Assembly: GCA_002269645.1 (NCBI GenBank)
Contig: NIVC01000212.1
Location: 612,850-676,849 of the forward strand
Length of the DNA stretch: 64,000 bases
Reading direction: 5' to 3'
From: Macrostomum lignano
Taxonomy: Eukaryota
The notes under the pieces were generated by a model. That model did not search any database, was not told where the DNA came from, and saw nothing but the letters and a program-made list of their open reading frames with translations. Of this stretch, positions 60,738 to 64,000 are shown one piece after another (position 1 is the first letter of the stretch; every line of letters begins with the position of its first letter). A program made the position numbers and the translations under genes.

Positions 60738-62416
60738 GGTTAATTAAGAGTAATAATGGGGGGGGGTCGATCTGTGCAGTGCATATGTTATTATTCAGTA
60801 ATTCGTTCAGTGATGCTTTTTAATTACAGTTTAAATGTGAGGCCTTATAGTGATGCTTTGTTTATTACATGACTGTATTTGAAGTTGTACGGTCGTAAGT
60901 CTCTTACCAATGCATATAAATAAAATAATATCACTACCACCCTTGCGCATTGCACTACGCAAAATAAATACATGCATTTATATATATATCAGCTATAATG
61001 AATTTACATGTATTTAAATGTGACTGATAATGTTACAGCACATGTATCACTTGTATCTTGATACACATATCGTCGTCATGCATATCTAGAAATGCACATG
61101 CAAAATTAGATCAGTAGAATAGATAAAAAGATGCACTGTGTTTGCATATTGTATACAGCAGGTGGATTCTACGCGCATGGAACACATATATGTACATGTA
61201 GTAATGTAGGTGCAGGAAGCAGATAGACAGATTCAAAGACTCGTCTCGTCCCTCGAATGATCAATGGGAGAGACGAGTTATACTGTACAGCGGAAAAGCG
61301 CGCGGATAAGTAACAACATCAAAATTCACAGCCCGCTGTAGTACATAAGTCTGTGGAGACAGTGTCAGCTGGTGCGCCCAGCAGCTGATATGCACGTGTC
61401 TCCCGGTCCTCCTTTGATCCCGCGTCCGAACGTTCAGCTTATGTGGTTCTCAAGGGCATTAATTGCATGAATAGGTCACCCTGGCCGCGAAATTTAGCCC
61501 CAAATCAATGCACTGACTGATCGTTCATATTCATTGATATACACTATTCGTAAGCAGGTGTTGTATATTTACATGTACATTTTAAATTTCCGTACTACAT
61601 GTATTTACAAAAGCATTATTCAAGTTTCAGTATTTTCGATAAAAAAGAATTGATTAATGTACCGGAAGCAGACCAGGGAAAACACGTACATGTAAAAATT
61701 ATCATTGGCAGTACAAATTTTTGCATGTTACTCGAAAAAAAATGTTAGTATCTTTGATAAAAAAATTAAACTAATTCTTATAAATTTAGATGCGCTAGCT
61801 AGTACGCATGCATACGTTACTTAAATACATGGATAACAATATAGGGGGCCCATTGAGCTTACTCTGGATTGGGTTGCTTGATGCAGGAAGCACAATCAAT
61901 TAAACACATTCTATTCTTGTTGCATGAATAAATTGATGTAGTTTAGATATATATGTGTATAGTTTTCTGCATTTACTGTTTTATTTGATAATAATTAATA
62001 GAGAATTAGAACGAAAACAGAATTTTTCATTCATGTTCAGGAAATCGAACAATTTCATCTTATAGAATTTTATCGAACAGTTAATCTTAAGTAGCTACGG
62101 ATTTTTCCGCAATACCAGTCGACTCATGATCATAACATTATAATAATTATTCCACTTGACGAACGTGTACGGTGACGGTTGTCTAAACATTAAAACAAAA
62201 CTTTATAGATATTACAGTCTAGTTTATAAACAAATGTAAACCATTTTAAAACAAACGTGCTTTTTATACAGAAACAATAATTAGATAAGAATAGTTCATA
62301 CAATTAAAAGCATCCGGTTTAAAAAGAATGCTATCTTTTTCAACTTAGTCTGATCTGCTAATTTTTTGTTCTGTTGACACGAAAGTTATACATTTCGCGA
62401 TAATAGTAGATTTTTA

Positions 62417-63645
62417 ATGGATCCACTATTTCAAGCTTTGAGCCTTTTTCGCCGAAGAAAATATGAAAAATGCATTGAAAAATGCACAGAAATACTAGAC
62501 AAGAATTCGTATGATGAGGTAATTAGTACAAATTGATCTTTTTCACTAAAAGTTTCTTCCAATTCCATTGAGGTAGTTCGTCAATTCTGAGAAATGCACA
62601 ATTTTTTTATTAACTGTGAGTATGATGCAAATTTTGCGTGTTGCTGTTATTGATTAAAATGCATGCTTTAGTTATAATTTAAAACCATATGATTTTACAC
62701 CATTGTAACAAAAATATTAAAAAGTGGCATCTAGAATTTATTGCTTTTTGTAGACAAATGATACAGAATATATACAAGTTAATTTACTCTTTTAATTCAA
62801 AATTATTTGTATAAAACAGGATAAAGTATACACAAAATATTTTTATTAATTTAAGGTCTTAATATTGCATTATATCAGACTGCTATTTACCTTCTATTAT
62901 AAAATTGGCAAAAAATGCAATTTTAATTTTGTCTAAATTGATAATAAAATAACCTCCATAATCTATTTTCTTTCTCATTCTTTTCTACAGAAAACCACTA
63001 TAGTTTTAAACTTGTTAATAAAGATTCACATATACAATGACGTACACTTCCAGTAGTATAGAGCGCATTTTAAAAAAAGAGAATTTCATTGCATAAATTT
63101 AAAACAGGCCGCTTGGCTTCTGAAGATGCAGGCCCTCACCGAGCAGGTCTACGTTGACGATATTGAAAATGACGAGGACGGCATGGCCGAGGGCCTCCTG
63201 GACGACTCCGCCATCGCTTCTGTGGCCCGGCCGGGCACCTCACTGAGGTTGCCACCGCTGGCGGCGGCTCTGGAGGCCTGCAGCAGGCGATGCGGCCGTC
63301 CACTCAGTCTGGCCGGCCCGTCACCGGCTTCGTCAGGCCCGGCACGCAGGGCTCCGGGGCCGGCTCGCTGGAACAGGTCTGCCTGTGTCTGCCTGTGTGT
63401 CTGCCTGTGTGTCTGCCTGTGTGTCTGCCTGTGTGTCTGCCTTTGTGTCTGCCCGTGTGTCTGCCTGTGTGTCTGCCTGTGTGTCTGCCTTTGTGTCTGC
63501 CTTTGTGTCTGCCTGTGTGTCTGCCTGTGTGTCTGCCTGTGTGTCTACCTGTGTGTCTGCCTGTGTGTCTGCCTGTCTGTCTGTCTGCCTGTCTGTTTTA
63601 GTGTCTGTCTGTCTGTCTGTCTGTCTGTCTGCCTGTCTGTCTTAG

Positions 63646-63682
<37 letters not shown>

Positions 63683-64000
63683 GCCTGTCTGCCTGTCTGC
63701 CTGTCTGACTGACTGTCTGTCTTAGTGTCTGTCTGTCTGTCTGTCTTAGTGTCTGTCTTAGTGTCTGTCTGTCTGTGTGTCTGTCTGTCTGTCTGTCTGT
63801 CTGTCTGCCTGTCTGCCTGTCTGCCTGTCTGTGTTATTAGCCTGTCCATAAGCCTGTGCCCGCACTTCACTCATGAATACCCTAACCCTTCCCCATCAAA
63901 CCCTCTCTCAGGCTCTGAAGACGCCTCGAACCGCGTCGAACGCTCGCCCAGTGACGTCATCATCTGGCCGGCTGGTCCGTCTTGGCACAGCCTCCATGCT
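62417..64000 (+). CDS. TTC8: TTC8/BBS8 BBSome subunit, 5' part (continues past the window)
   Basis: Exons 62417-62518 (MDPLFQALSLFRRRKYEKC..YDE), 63108-63376 (AAWLLK..ALTEQVYVDDIE..RPGTSLRLP; RPSTQSGRPVTGFVRPGTQ; 269 nt, so 1 nt is missing at about 63252) and 63912-64000 (ALKTPRTASNARPVTSSSGRLVRLGTASM). Confidence 0.93.
63377..63835 (+). repeat. (GTCT)n/(gtctgcctgtgt)n repeat starting at the BBS8 splice donor
   Basis: Visible directly. Confidence 0.9.

Noticed and set aside
63252-63253. BBS8 pseudogene
   Set aside because: A single missing base in a short C run with strong conservation on both sides. Similar 1-nt losses at about 60420 (M6PR-like) and 55343-55390 (pol) point to long-read consensus error. 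Accurate reads are needed to be sure.

Overview
Eukaryotic (metazoan) genomic DNA with spliceosomal GT-AG introns, standard code and many intronic mini/microsatellites. The style suggests an invertebrate such as the flatworm Macrostomum, which is an inference only. Genes reconstructed by eye: exon 1 of a DUF21/CNNM-type gene running off the left edge (-), IST1 (+), a signal peptide/C-type lectin/sushi/TM receptor (+), a full DUF21-CBS (CNNM/Mam3-like) gene (+), a PLEKHD1-like PH/coiled-coil gene (+), an intronless LRR type-I membrane protein (+), an MRH-domain M6P-receptor-like gene (-), and the 5' part of TTC8/BBS8 (+). Mobile DNA includes a hAT transposase remnant, a LINE remnant, a tRNA/CORE-type SINE and several MITE-like elements. 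Two observations stand out. (1) A BEL/Pao LTR retrotransposon derivative at 52916-57093 has its RT half inverted and both termini formed by the same (3') LTR end in inverted orientation, yet it is flanked by a perfect 5-bp TSD, resembling a twin-priming product. (2) A three-copy hAT-type MITE (14-bp TIR, 8-bp TSD) carries a 64-bp piece of 28S rRNA (H69-H71) that is altered mainly at the R2/I-PpoI cut site. Most long ORFs in the supplied track are artefacts of tandem repeats. All family assignments come from motif recognition, not database searches.
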